Shown here in pieces: positions 1-12,111 of a DNA stretch of 64,000 nt (position 1 is its first letter; the number at the start of each line of letters is the position of its first letter). The notes beneath the pieces are model-generated. The model saw nothing but the letters and a program-made list of their open reading frames with translations. It was not told the DNA's origin and ran no database searches. The position numbers and the translations under genes were made by a program. Where the stretch lies: NCBI RefSeq assembly GCF_009834535.1, contig NC_045697.1, positions 13,702,001-13,766,000 of the forward strand, in the 5' to 3' direction. This stretch comes from Camelus ferus. Its lineage: Eukaryota.

Positions 1-755
1 CTCAAATTTTGGTTTACTTGACTTCAAAGGGCTGTGAGCTCTTAACCCACCTATCATAGTGTTTCTTAAAATCAAATGATGACTTAGTACCTCTTAAAGG
101 AGAAAACTGGTAGACTCACATTGGTGATTTAAATGATGATTTTGATAATGTTACTTCTTAAATATAAAACTCATTTTTATAACTTTTGTGAAACCCGCAA
201 ACCAAAAGATATCCCCATTGGATGTGAGTCTTCTGAAACTTACCATGTGAAAATTGGTCTCCTAATATTTAGTTCTATACCCAAACCTGCTTGTTCTAGA
301 GTCTTTTCTATTTCAGTTAACGGCAACTGCATTCATCTCATATTACAAGTAAAAAATATTGATGCCATCTTTAACTCGTCTTTTTCTTGTTCCACACACC
401 CAGCCCAACAGCATATCCTGTTAGTTTTATTATTTTCAAAATATATCCAAAAGTAAGATTTTCCAACAACCCCAACTTCTCCCATCCTGGTTCAGGTCGC
501 TGGTATCTCCCACCTGAAGCAGGCTCCCTACGGGGCTCTTCGCTGTTGTCCTTAATGTCTTTAAGTTCATTCTCAACACAGCAGTCCAAGGAATTCTTGC
601 TAAACTAAATTAGATCACAACATTTCTCTGCTCCAATGTGTCCAACGGTTTCCACTGGACTCTGGATAAAAGCCAAAATCCTTCCTGTGACTTACAAGAC
701 CCTATACAGTGTTTTTACCTCAAATGTTATTTCATTTTATTCTGTCCCTTATTTA

Positions 756-1422
756 TTTATTTAGTTAGTTAGTTAGTTAGTTATTATTGAGATATTGTCA
801 GTTGACAATGTTGTGTTAATTTCTGATGTACAGCATAGTGATTCAGGAATATATATATGCATTCCTCTTCATACTCTTTTCCATTATAGGTTATTACAAG
901 ATATTGAACATAGTTCTCTGTGCTATACAGTAGGACCTCGTTGTTAATCTGTTTTCACAGAACAAGAACAAATCATCCTAAAATGTATGTGGAATCACAA
1001 AAGACCCAGAATTGCCAAAGCAATACTGGAGAAAAAGAACAAAGCTGGAGGAATAACCCTCNNNNNNNNNNNNNNNNNNNNNNNNNNNNNNNNNNNNNNN
1101 NNNNNNNNNNNNNNNNNNNNNNNNNNNNNNNNNNNNNNNNNNNNNNNNNNNNNNNNNNNNNNNNNNNNNNNNNNNNNNNNNNNNNNNNNNNNNNNNNNNN
1201 NNNGAGGCAAGAATATACAATGGAGAAAAGACAGCCTCTTTGACAAATGCTGTTGGGAAAGCTAGACAATCATATGTAAATCAATGAAATTAGAACATTC
1301 CCTCATGCAATACACAAAAATAAAATAAAAATGGCTTAAACATAAGACACCAAAACCCTCCTCAAAGAAAACATAACAAAACATTCTCTGATATAAATCG
1401 TAGCAATGTTCTTCTATAGGCA
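756..1422 (-). mobile_element. 5'-inverted, truncated L1: minus-strand 3' end (756-955) joined to a plus-strand ORF2 fragment (952-1422)
   Basis: 756-955 is the reverse complement of a cetartiodactyl L1 3' end with a T-rich tail. 952-1422 encodes L1 ORF2 peptide [24 protein letters not shown]...GKNIQWRKDSLFDKCCWE. Candidate TSD gtccc(t/a)tattta at 744-755 and 1423-1434. Confidence 0.85.
1062..1203. other. Run of 142 N (assembly gap or masking) inside L1 ORF2
   Basis: Seen directly. Confidence 0.99.
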
Positions 1423-2706
1423 GTCCCATATTTAGATCTCTTGGGCCACATGGACCTGATCATTCTCAACAAATACACAGGCACACTCTTGCCTTAGGGC
1501 ATTAGTATCTTCTAGTCCCCTTTGCCAGAAATGCCTTTCCCTGGTTATCTACATGGAAGTCCCTCAGGTCTTTGATGGAATTTACCAACTCAGGAAGACC
1601 CTTCTTGACATTATTTAAAATTGTAAGTGTCCTCAACTCTCCTCTTTCCCTTTCCCTATTTTATTTTTCCTCCTTATCTCTAATCTATCTCACACACTGT
1701 ATATTTTACATATTCATATTGGTGACTGTCTCCTCTTTCATTAAAGTAAAAAACCACAAGGAGAAGGATTTTTATCAGTTCACTGCTATATTTCTAATAA
1801 CTAAGTGATTGATTTGTGCATAGTCAGACAATAAATAATTGCTGAATTAAAGAATAAATTTAAAATTAATAAACTGAAAAATCAATAAAAGAGTTAAAAA
1901 TGACATTATTTAATTTTATATTGTTATAGATTTAATGTCTAATTTATAGCTTATTTAAATTGTATATTTACAGTTAAATGTTATAGATTAGTTTTATGAT
2001 ACTTATCATGTTGATTTGTTGAAACTAATTTGCTGATATTACATTCAATAATAGAAACATATTAGCATATTTTTGTGTTTCATGTGTTTTCTAATTGATT
2101 CTTTTGAATTTGTGTGCAGAGTCATAGTTTGAGTCACCATGATAATCACTTGTTTTAATTTTCTTATTAACAATGAAATTGTTTTTTATTTTGATGGGCC
2201 AGTCTAATAGTACATTTCAAGCTACAATATGAAAAAAGAAAACATATTCTTTGCATATTTGTTACCATGCTTATTGCCAGTGAAGTTTGGATAATTGGTA
2301 TATAAAAGATGAAAAATGTCCCCCAAGCATCATTTTTACCATTAATGAATATGGCACAGAGAGCATGAGTTGTTTGGTGACCCCCATGCTCTATGATGTG
2401 CAAAGATTCACTTTCACCCATGACTCTTTCCTTCTGGACTCTCATGAAACCTGTCTTACCACGCCAAGAGAAGTGTTCTGTCCTTTATTTCTTGTGAAGG
2501 TGATAGTAGACATAAATGCAAAGATGGGCAATAAAAATGCATGTCAATCCTCAGTTACAGTGATGTTATACAGGTGACTCAGAATACGCTTATACTATTT
2601 TTTAAGATCCTTATACAAAGGAAAATAGAAAATTTATAAATTCTTATGGAATATGTCTGAAGACCCCCAGGATCCACAAATCTTAGTTTAAGAATCATTC
2701 CTTATA

Positions 2707-2868
2707 AACAACATGGTCCTACTGTACAGCAGAGGGAACTATATTCAATATCTTGTAATAACCTATAATGAAAAAGAATATATATTATAGCAATCACTAT
2801 GCTGTACACCAGAAGCTAACACAGTATTGTAAATCAGCTATACTTCAATAAAAAATTAAAGAATAAAA
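2707..2868 (+). mobile_element. 5'-truncated L1 3' end with TSD
   Basis: gtcctactgtacagcagagggaactatattcaatatcttgtaataacctataatgaaaaagaa...tatacttcaataaaaaa; same family as 756-955. TSD aagaatcattccttata (2690-2706) / aagaaacatcccttata (2869-2885), preceded by a TT|AAGA endonuclease-like site. Confidence 0.9.
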
Positions 2869-3244
2869 AAGAAACATCCCTTATACCACAAAGATTTTGC
2901 AAGACAAAGTATGATAAATGACACATGGAAATATGACAGTAGATTCAATTGGAAGAGAGATATTCAGTTCACGAAAAAAAAAGGCAGGCTTTTTAAAGAA
3001 GTGACACTTGTGCTAAGGCCAGTTTAGCAAGGTGGAAACTGCAGAGGAAGTTAATTCAGGTAGAGAAAATTGCATGGGCAAAGGATTAGAGGCCAGAAAG
3101 TCCTAAATTTCTCAAGTAACTAAAAACCTTTGACTTGAGGGAAAGGAAAGTACAAGAATGAGGTTAATGTAGATTAGCATAAAAGGATAATCCAGACATT
3201 AGCTACGTTAGGAAATATTGATAGCCAATAGACCTCCAGTGACC

Positions 3245-3440
3245 TCGACACCTGCCAAGCACTGTTCTGAGTGCTTTACACACAGTAATCTGTCTAACCC
3301 GTACAATAACCACTTGAAAGCATGTATGCTCTCCTATTCTCTTGTTTCCTGAATCTGAGAGAGCCTCAGTAACTTTCTCAAGGCCACACCACTGGACAGA
3401 TTCCAGAGTTTGATTCCAGAGTCCATGTTTAACCACTGTC
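3245..3440 (-). mobile_element. MIR SINE
   Basis: ccaagcactgttctgagtgctttaca...agtaactttctcaaggccacac resembles the MIR core. Confidence 0.7.
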
Positions 3441-4859
3441 TTCTAGATCTCTACGTAAACAGCTCAGGACGTCAAGCATTAGGATCCCATACAGCACAAT
3501 ACATTATTGAGCGCTGGTGTAGCAGAAAGAGCGCAGAATACTTTCAGGAGTAGGCAGCGATGTTTTGAAATAAAAAGCTCCTACACGTTAATAAAATACC
3601 TCATATCTTCAGTTTTCTCATTAGGCCAGAGGGTGAGGAAGAGTTACTAAAAGACCTTTTGCCTTCTAACAAAACACATAATCATAAGGCTCGCTTCTCA
3701 TTTCCTTCTTTCTGTTATAGCATCCGTTTGCCTCCTGCTGTTTCCCACGTCACCTCATCAGAGCCTTTCCTTTCATTTCAAGCCCTATAGCTGATCTGAC
3801 TGCTCATTTGTCTTTTTTTCTCAAGAACTAAATATTTTAGTAGTTTATGCCCCATGAATCTGATGTAAGAAACTGTTGGCCTTCAGTAATCTCATGAATG
3901 CTAAAACTGATCTGTGAAAACCGGAAAAATCATGTTAAGATCTTTCTTTCCAGGGTTCTCCACCCTCAGGACCATAAGGAACACTTCGATAAAAATGTTT
4001 TGCATTTCCGAGAAACAAAAGTCAAGCATAACAGGCAAAGCAGTTTTATCTTTCTCCTTAGTAAATCACTTACACTTTCTTATAGCTTCTTTCATCTGTC
4101 AACTAGAACAATAAATGGAAGTCCCTTGAAGCATAAATTAAAATTCATTTTAATTTTGATAAATATAGAGTGGATCTTTTTTGTTCTCCTCCACACATTC
4201 TTTTTACTAAAATGTGCAGTCTGGGACCTGATCAAAGCACTATTTGTAGGTGACACACCAAATACAGAGACATTTTATATAACTTTATAATAGGTTTCTG
4301 AATGGTAGAGCATAGATGTTTAAAAATATCAAGTCCCTTAATATTTAGCTTAAATTCTGCTAAATCAATTTAGACCACAATATGAAAATATATTTCCTTC
4401 TGATTAAAAAAAAATTTTTTTCTTACTTGAAGAGACAAAATGGAATATATGTTATTTTTCTTTTTGTGTTTAAGTGAAGGTAGAGAAAATAATAAGAGAA
4501 GTAGTAAGTAAGTAATAAGATAGAGTAAGATGGTATAATTTATATGTTTATAATGATAACTATGGATTATCAAGAAAATTGTAAATTTTGTTAAGTATTC
4601 TGTTTTACAAAAGCACACTTTGTTGATTATTATTGGAATCATTAAATATTTTCAATTGTCAATAGAATAATAAATGTCATTCACCTGCATCTGCAGTAAA
4701 AACAATCCCGGGTCAGTGTTATGCTATGTGGTATGTGCAGCAGGACTGAGAAGAGGAGTATCAGATGGGTCTTCAGACAGAAGAATAACTCCACTCTTCG
4801 TGGGGATCAGTATGATAAAATGTCACCATTCCAACCTAAAAAGCAGTTGTATTAATATA

Positions 4860-5110
4860 TCCAATACTTTATTTAAAATATGTCCAGCCACTATTGAGTG
4901 CTGCAGATAGCATTCTTTGGCACTGCGATGAATGAAAAAGACAGTACAAACAGGTATTCACTGACCTCATGGAATATTTATTTGGGGGAGACCTAGATAC
5001 CAAATAAATAAACATGCAAACATATAAATAATGCTCAGGTCCTCTGCATAGTACGGTAGAAAATGCTGGGAAACTGGAAATCTAAGTTGTAGCATAAGTG
5101 GAGGGAAGAG
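4860..5110 (-). mobile_element. L2 3' fragment
   Basis: ttgagtgc...ggcactgcgatgaatgaaaaagaca...ctgacctcatggaat is a typical antisense L2 3' end. Confidence 0.55.
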
Positions 5111-6249
5111 TACATGGAGACCTAAACAAGATTAAATGTTTACTCCACTAATTATCACCCAGATGAACCTGGGAAGACATTTACACTCCCTGGGCTTCTG
5201 TCTCTTCATATGTAATGTGAAGGTACTACAGTGGGGGATCTCTAAGACCTCTTCCACTTTGTATGGTATTCAAATCCTTGCATTGAGAAACACAAAGGAA
5301 CGTTTTCCAAAGGGAGTAGACTGCCTTCACACCCAAATGGCACCCCTCTGTCAACTAAAATGTCCAAGGTTACAAGCCATCTAAACTGAAGAAGTCCCAC
5401 TCATGATAAAAGAAGTAACTTGGAGACTTCCCATCAGGATGACAGATTGAAATGCTCTCCATTCATTAGCTTTCCTCTCCACTCCAGACTTCATGAAAAC
5501 AAAACAAAACAAAAAAGTGATTTTTTTTTTAAACCATCTGTAAATCCAAGGAGAATGGAGGCAACGGCATGCAGTTTTTCCAAGCTGCAGACTCTGCAAC
5601 TCAGCAGACCAAGAAAGCTGAGCTCTAAATGAGGACCTAAGAAAGCTGCTAAGCACCTCGACCTACTAAAACATACACAGAAGAGTCATAAATTGTGTTG
5701 ACCTAGTACCTTGCAGAAGGGTGATGTCAGGGCTAAAAACTGGAATATTGACAAAAATTCCACTTAAGAATCCTTTACACACCTCCCCTTCCACATCTAA
5801 TTCTCCACCTTGAGCAGTTGGAAGACAGATTTGCCGTATCCTGGTTAAAGATGTGACAGTTATTCACTGTAAAAGATATCTTTAAAAAGACTCTGGAATG
5901 GGAGCCAAAGCATAACTGATGACAAGCGTATTAAAATGAAAGCAAGCAATTAAGTGAGAATGTATACACTGAACGTAGAGACCCTTAGACCGCTTCTGTA
6001 AAATTACTTTTGATCCAGCACTCTCATTCTGAGGAATTGTTTCCATAGAAATAAATAATAATACCAAAGTTATATTAAAAAGAATAATGCATCCATATTA
6101 TGAAATATTAGACATTGATTTAAATGATTTATTAAATTTATATGCAATACAGCAAGAAATAACCCCTTATAAATTTTAAGTGAAAAAAGTAATTTTGAGA
6201 ACAATATCTTTAGAATGCTCATACTGGTTAAAAAAAAGATTTTAATAAA

Positions 6250-6345
6250 GAGGGAGTGTAGCTCAGTGGTAGAGTGTGTGCTTAGCATTCAGAAGGTCCT
6301 GGGTTTAATCCCCAGTACCTCCAATTAAAAAAAAAAAAAAAAAAC
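6250..6345 (+). mobile_element. Camelid tRNA-Ala-derived SINE (vic-1 type) with poly(A) tail
   Basis: gagggagtgTAGCTCAGTGGtagagtgtgtgcttagcattcagaaggtcctgGGTTTAATCCCcagtacctcca + A-run. It has Pol III A/B boxes and is colinear with tRNA-Ala(AGC). Confidence 0.9.
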
Positions 6346-6637
6346 TTAAAAAAAAAGCTAGGGTAGAAAGAAAACAATTTATAGAATGTATATCTGATTG
6401 TTGTGTAAAATATGCAAAATAACGTAAAGCAATATGCTGAAAATTGTTGATTTCAGTAATATCATTGGCCAAGTGGGGAGGAAAGCTTTTTCTGTGCATA
6501 ATACCCAGCACAGTGTAATGATCTACAAGACAGATTTTCATGTGCTCATCATACCTTTTAAAAGCTTCTGCATTAGCACCTATACACTATCATTGAACTT
6601 AGATGTTTCCCTGTCTATCGACCTGATATTCTACAGA

Positions 6638-6717
6638 TTAGGTTGAACCATATGAAATTGTCCACATTTAACCATTTTGACCTACACAAGAGGTAATTTC
6701 GTATGCTTTAGCCTATT
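6638..6717. mobile_element. ~80 bp mariner-type MITE (MADE2-like)
   Basis: Imperfect terminal inverted repeats ttaggttgaaccatatgaaattg...gtaatttcgtatgctttagcctat. Confidence 0.7.
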
Positions 6718-7049
6718 ATTGATCTGTTTGATTCCTATTTATTTTACTCTGGGCTAAAGGAAATTCCCTGAGGACTGCAATTTTTTTTTTTTAGGTCTCT
6801 TATTCCTTGTGCTGAAATAGTGCATGACTGATAGTGGACATCAGAAAAAGAGTTTATTAAATTTATGTAGGAGTGAATAATGTAGCATGTATCATTCTTC
6901 TCATTTAAATAGGAAATATACTATTTTCAAGTGTCAATTTTTACAGATATCTAATAACATTTTTATTGCCTCTTTAAACAAATAGTTGTTTAAGAAGTGA
7001 AATTGATAGTTTAACTTCTAAGGATTATTGCTTTGTTTACATAGTTGTA

Positions 7050-7460
7050 CCTCATTTCCAGTTTTACCATGTTATCAAAGATACAGCCTGTAAAATTTTA
7101 ACCTTTTATAACTTTTGGCCAAATATATGACTAAGCTTTATAAAATTTGGAAACACCTAAGAAAACATATAGTTCTCTTGTAGGATATCCAATTAACATG
7201 TATCTAGTATTTCAATTTTATTAACTGAATTATTTGAATTTTTATCCGCCATGGGTTAATGATGTTAATTCATACTACAATTGAATCCATTTTCATCTAC
7301 TTGTATTTTTAAATAATGTGATGATATTCATTACATAAAGTTTATAACCATTAAGTATCTAACATAAATTTATCAATAAATAATGATTCCTTACTCCATT
7401 CAAAAAATACTCTTTTTTGGAAATTTAAAACTAATTTTTAATTATTAAACTATCTTCTTG
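7050..7460 (-). mobile_element. Highly decayed old L1/HAL1 fragment
   Basis: T-rich tract with the typical antisense L1 texture; family not assignable. Confidence 0.4.
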
Positions 7461-7844
7461 TATTTGAAATGATGAAGGCTACACAAACAGGCCTTAAAAA
7501 TTCTTATATACATTTTTAATCCAAAATCTATCTTTACTTTTTTTTCCCAGTGATCTTTAACTACAGTAAAAATTATAATGTATGAAAATCAAATGAAGTG
7601 GCACTGATTTATATGCAGTCGACAGGGCAACTAAACTGCATAACTATTCTTACAAAATTTAAATTTTAGTTTGGACACAAAACAAAACCAACAGAGCAAT
7701 CCTTGATCTTTTTTTGGTATTCGTCTGATTTAGTTCCAGATCCTCAAAATGTAAGCTTGCTTTCTTCTGTGTCATTAATCCTTTAGAAAGAAAAAAGAGA
7801 CAGTAGAAAAGAAAATAAGATTATTTTTTAAAATATACATGTGA

Positions 7845-8102
7845 CTATATAGATATATACACACACACACACACATATAAAATATACATATATACACATA
7901 TATATATATATATATATATATTCATTCATGTGTTTGATTTGTTTGGTCCTTGCTTAAGTGTGGTAAACCATTTTTGGAATAATAATTGTGTTAATAGCAA
8001 AGGTCTACTAATATTATATATATATATATATGTATGTATGTATATATATGTGTATGTGGGTGTATATATATGTATATATAGACCCCCATGGTGTGTGTGT
8101 GT
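7845..8102. repeat. Two compound (TA/CA) and (TA/TG) microsatellites, ~7845-7920 and ~8011-8102
   Basis: Seen directly. Confidence 0.9.
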
Positions 8103-8954
8103 ATGGAAAAAGAGATTAAGATTTATTCTTCATTCACTGGATGAGTGTGATATACTTATTTCTCAGAGAAACCTGGGTCATCTGTTTTCACTTGAATTCA
8201 ATTTTCATAATCATTGTTGGAGAAATTTGGTGGAGTACACCACACATATGACACTATTCATCTTCCTTGCAATTTGCTTAAATGCATGTTATCTGATTTT
8301 CCTGTCAACCTTTCCATGGACTTGTCTTTAAACTAAGCTATGCTAACATATACACTGAAATATTAGCAGACCTTTGCTATTAACACAAATATTATTCCAA
8401 AAATGGTTTACCACACTTAAGCAAGGCCCAAACAAATCAACACATGAATGAATGATTGCCTACAGCTCAGGAAGGAGGACAAAATTTGCTATTTCAGTCT
8501 TTTCATTTGATTGTTTTCTGGTTTTTTGTTTTGGTTTTTGGTCATAGCTTCTTTTGTAAATCTAATAAATCTCAATCCATTAATAACAGAAAATTCTTTA
8601 TCTTTCTCTTTACAGACAGTGGAAGACTACATAATTTTGCTGAAAGGAAATGAAATCACAGAACAGGAAATTAATTTCCATGACAATTACCTAAACATTT
8701 CAGCTATATGTTACATTTGAATTTTCACTGATTGGACTTCAAATGTGAAATGTATTATTATTCCTATTGTATTTAGTACTTATCTCACATTTTAAGCTAG
8801 AACCTTGATGGATTCCGCTTAGTTTGAACCACAAGAACTAGGCTATGCTGCTCTCCATAGTAGTCTTTATAAATCTCCCATCAGAAAATAAACTAACATA
8901 TCTCTTCCATTCCCTTTGTAGTACATAATATGTTCGTAATCAATTTCCTCATTC

Positions 8955-9260
8955 TTCCAATAAAAGTTGACTGAGTCCCTCTCACATGGCAGGTACCACT
9001 TCAACCGCTGGAATAAGAGCAACGCACAAAACAGACAAAACTCCTGCCTTCATAAGACTTATATTCTAGGAGGGAGCTCAAATTTATAGCGTGGAAGTTG
9101 GTGAGAAGTGCTATGGAGAAAAATAAGATGGGGAAGGAATGGGCGAGTGGGTGCAACATTGAGTGGGTGGGTCTGGGTAACTTCATGGAGAAGGAGCCAT
9201 GTAAACAAAGACTTGAAGGAGGTGAAAAAGGAAGCCATTTGAATATCCAGGAAGGATATA
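8955..9260 (-). mobile_element. L2 3' fragment
   Basis: acaaaacagacaaaactcctgccttcataagacttatattctag...agtgctatggagaaaaataag...aaagacttgaaggaggtga. Confidence 0.75.
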
Positions 9261-9679
9261 AATGAATATTTGGAGGATATAACAAACTTACTAACACAAC
9301 TAGACATCAATTTTCAAATTCTTTACACCTAAAAGTTAACTTTAACAAATATTTTCCAATATCTAAACAGCACTACTTCAATTCAATAGGGTAAAGCAAA
9401 CTTTGGTGTGAATTTCTAGACCTGTGTCTCTTTCACAGAAACACTTTCCCCTTCTCCTGGCTGCTTTCTGCCTTTTTTCTGCTTGAAGTCCTCTCTTAGG
9501 GAAATATACTCAATATTTAGTTCATTCACACTAAGGTATACACACTGATAATCCTTACAGATTTAACTGCGTGTCCTCTGGAACGTCTGAATTTTTAAAG
9601 TAAACCCAAGTTCTAATGAAATGAATCAGTTTACAGCAGTGGCCTTTCAGGAACTGGCAAGAGGTAATAATGTTGCTGT

Positions 9680-9800
9680 AAAGTGTACAGGGCGGAAAGC
9701 ACTGGACTTTCAGTTGGAAGCCTCTGGTCTCCTTGTACTAAGTTGCTGAGGGCCCTTGGGCTCATCATGTGACCTCTCAGAGCCTCAGTTTTGTTTGTAT
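9680..9800 (+). mobile_element. MIR fragment
   Basis: ggaaagcactggactttcagttggaag...gtgacctctcagagcctcagtttt. Confidence 0.6.
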
Positions 9801-10689
9801 TTTTGTAAATACTTTAAAGCTTCAGATGGACCAACTATGACATCTGCAGCTACAACACGATATATTGATCTCCATTCCTTTTCTATGAGATCCTGTGGGA
9901 GACATTTAAAAAGGAGGAAAAACAGAGGAAGAATATTTAATTCTGCAATGTCAGAGACTGAATTTCTAATTCAATGCCTCCTGTTTCTTAAGTACCCATT
10001 AAAGGATAACCCTAATTTCAAATAAGGCAAACCAGTAACTATGGTAGGGTACACCAAAAAGTCCCATGGCTTTTATGTATTAAAAGTAAAATGAATGCTT
10101 GGAAATGTCTGCTGGGATCCACATTGTATACAGTATATATTTTCTCAGCCCACCAATTGCCTCTAAACTTGCTATTTATAATTTACCCGGTCTTAATTAG
10201 CAGGCTGCTCCCCAAGTCAGTCCTGCTACAGGCTGAACATGAAATAGAATATAAAAAAACAAAGTGTTTCTGGTTGCTGAAAGCAAGCCATACATATTCA
10301 TGGTGAAAACAGAAAATCATTTGCCAAACTGTGGATGGTAAATACAAATTAACCTTGCGACGGAAAGTGTAATATTTGCATTTTCAAGCCTTAGATCTCT
10401 CTGGGATTAATTAGGTGATCAGTAGGAATTAGAGTTATCACGAACAAAACCTGGTCTTAGATTGCATGTGTCACTGTGAGTGTCGGATTATGCATTATTT
10501 TCTCTTTCATTATAATTCTCTGGTCTAGTCCACAAAGACTGTGGTATGACCTGATTGATTAAATCTTTCTGTGAAAATATTTTGCCAACTGTACAGGGCT
10601 ACATAAGTAAAATGAGGTTTTATTGTTTCTAGGTTTGCTCAACTCACAAAGAGATATATTAATGATCTGGAAGGCTCTCAAATTGTAAC

Positions 10690-11458
10690 ACTCCTGTCCA
10701 TCCCCACTGTGACCTCCATGGTGCAGCTCGTCAACATTTCCTTTCTAGTAGAATACGCAGCTTCTTAATTGTTCTCGCTGGCTCAGGGTTTGCTCCATTC
10801 TGGTTCATTCCCACAGTGCTGTCAGAGTGAATTTTCTGAGACTCAAATGTCATCAAGTCAGATCATTTATAAAGTTCAGCCAGGCCTTTTGGATAAAACT
10901 CAACTTTCTTAGCTTGCCATAGATCAGCATGGCCCTGCCTACCTCTTCAGACCTGTATCCTGGCACTCAATCTGTCAAACAGTTCTTGACCAACCATCAA
11001 TTTTTGGCCAGGCGTGGTTGCAGCCCCTACACATTTCACTCTTCACAGTCTCGCTTTATTAAATTGTGGATAGCCCCTACACACACTGGGGTCGCTAAGG
11101 TTTCTGTGCCTTTTCCCATTTTTCTTTTCCTGCTGAGAATGCTCCTTTTCTCTTCTGCATCATGATCAATGCTTACGGCTTTGGATGCAGCTCAGACTTC
11201 ACATTCTGTGGGAAGCCCTCCCTGACTCCATTCTGCCCAGTGGAGTGTCACTCCCAAGGATTTCGCGCTGGACCCATTACTGTCACGTCACTTACCACCT
11301 ACATTATATGTGTCAGCTCTCCTGTTTTCTTTCTCCTCCCTTCGACTTCTTGTCCCTTGAAAGCTGGGACTGTATCTGTTATTTCTGATTTAATAGTGCC
11401 TGGTAGAATCTCTGGCACGTTGTACATGTGAAATAAATATTCATTGAAGGAATTAATG
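10690..11458 (+). mobile_element. L2 3' region
   Basis: cccacagtgctgtcagagtgaattttct...ggccctgcctacctcttcag...ccttgaaagctgggactgtatctg...tggcacgttgtacatgtgaaataaatattcattgaaggaattaatg. Confidence 0.8.
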
Positions 11459-11909
11459 CCAGAGGGAAAAATGCCAGAGGTCTAGGACAACAAAGAGAAG
11501 TCGTCCGTGACCCTCAAATTCATAAAATAAGTTTTCATTAATTATTAAGATATTTGAGTAAAGGCAGGATTTGTGTTTTCTTTTATGTCACTTATATCCT
11601 GTTAGATAGCCTTGGAAATTTATTACCAAATTTAATATATCATGTCACTAGGAATCTTTTAATTTATTTCACTGAAAAAAAAAAACCCTATCTTTGAAAT
11701 CACAATCTTAAAAAAATAATATATCATGCTTATGGATTTCTCAGTTTTGAAAGACAATTGAGCCCTTTCTTAAATAATGTAGGTGAGGGCCTGTGGTGGG
11801 TTGGCATGTACATGATGACAAATTATGGACCAAAGTTCGGAGAGAACCCCAGCCAAAAAGCAAGTTAGGAAACCATAATACGTGTCAAATTGCAGGCAGT
11901 TGTCTACCC

Positions 11910-12111
11910 CAGAGGTCAACCTGATATGGCCTGCTACCTGTGTGTTTATCGCCGTGATCTAAGAGTGTGTTTTACAGTTTTTAAAAGGATACATGCTAGA
12001 TGGTTGCCTAAGTACCTGTAATATCCATGTTTTTGTCTTTTGATCCATAAAGCCTAAAATATTTACTACATGGCTTTTGATCTATAAACAGAACAAGTTT
12101 TCAGACCCCTG
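11910..12111. mobile_element. hAT-Charlie MER58-like DNA transposon
   Basis: Termini cagaggtc...gacccctg, internal aaagcctaaaatatttactac, degenerate 8-bp TSD gtctaccc/gtctccta. Confidence 0.7.

Larger units (their letters stand above)
240..1860 (+). mobile_element. L2 (L2a-like) 3' region, interrupted by the L1 insertion at 744-1434
   Basis: Degenerate L2 3' motifs (cccaaacctgct..., aaagccaaaatcctt...acaagaccct, ccttagggc...tttgccagaaatgcctttcc) and an L2a-type tail ending gctgaattaaagaataaa. The L2 sequence resumes colinearly after 1434. Confidence 0.75.

Noticed and set aside
920-1269. Overlapping ORFs spanning Ns (also at 14229-14470)
   Set aside because: Their length is an artefact of X codons; the real part is an L1 fragment
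6250-6325. tRNA-Ala gene
   Set aside because: Diverged stems, direct poly(A) tail and a second related copy indicate a SINE, not a tRNA gene
8590-8720. Strong acceptor at 8615 followed by TVEDYIILLKGNE...
   Set aside because: No matching donor and an unrecognised peptide; isolated acceptors are common
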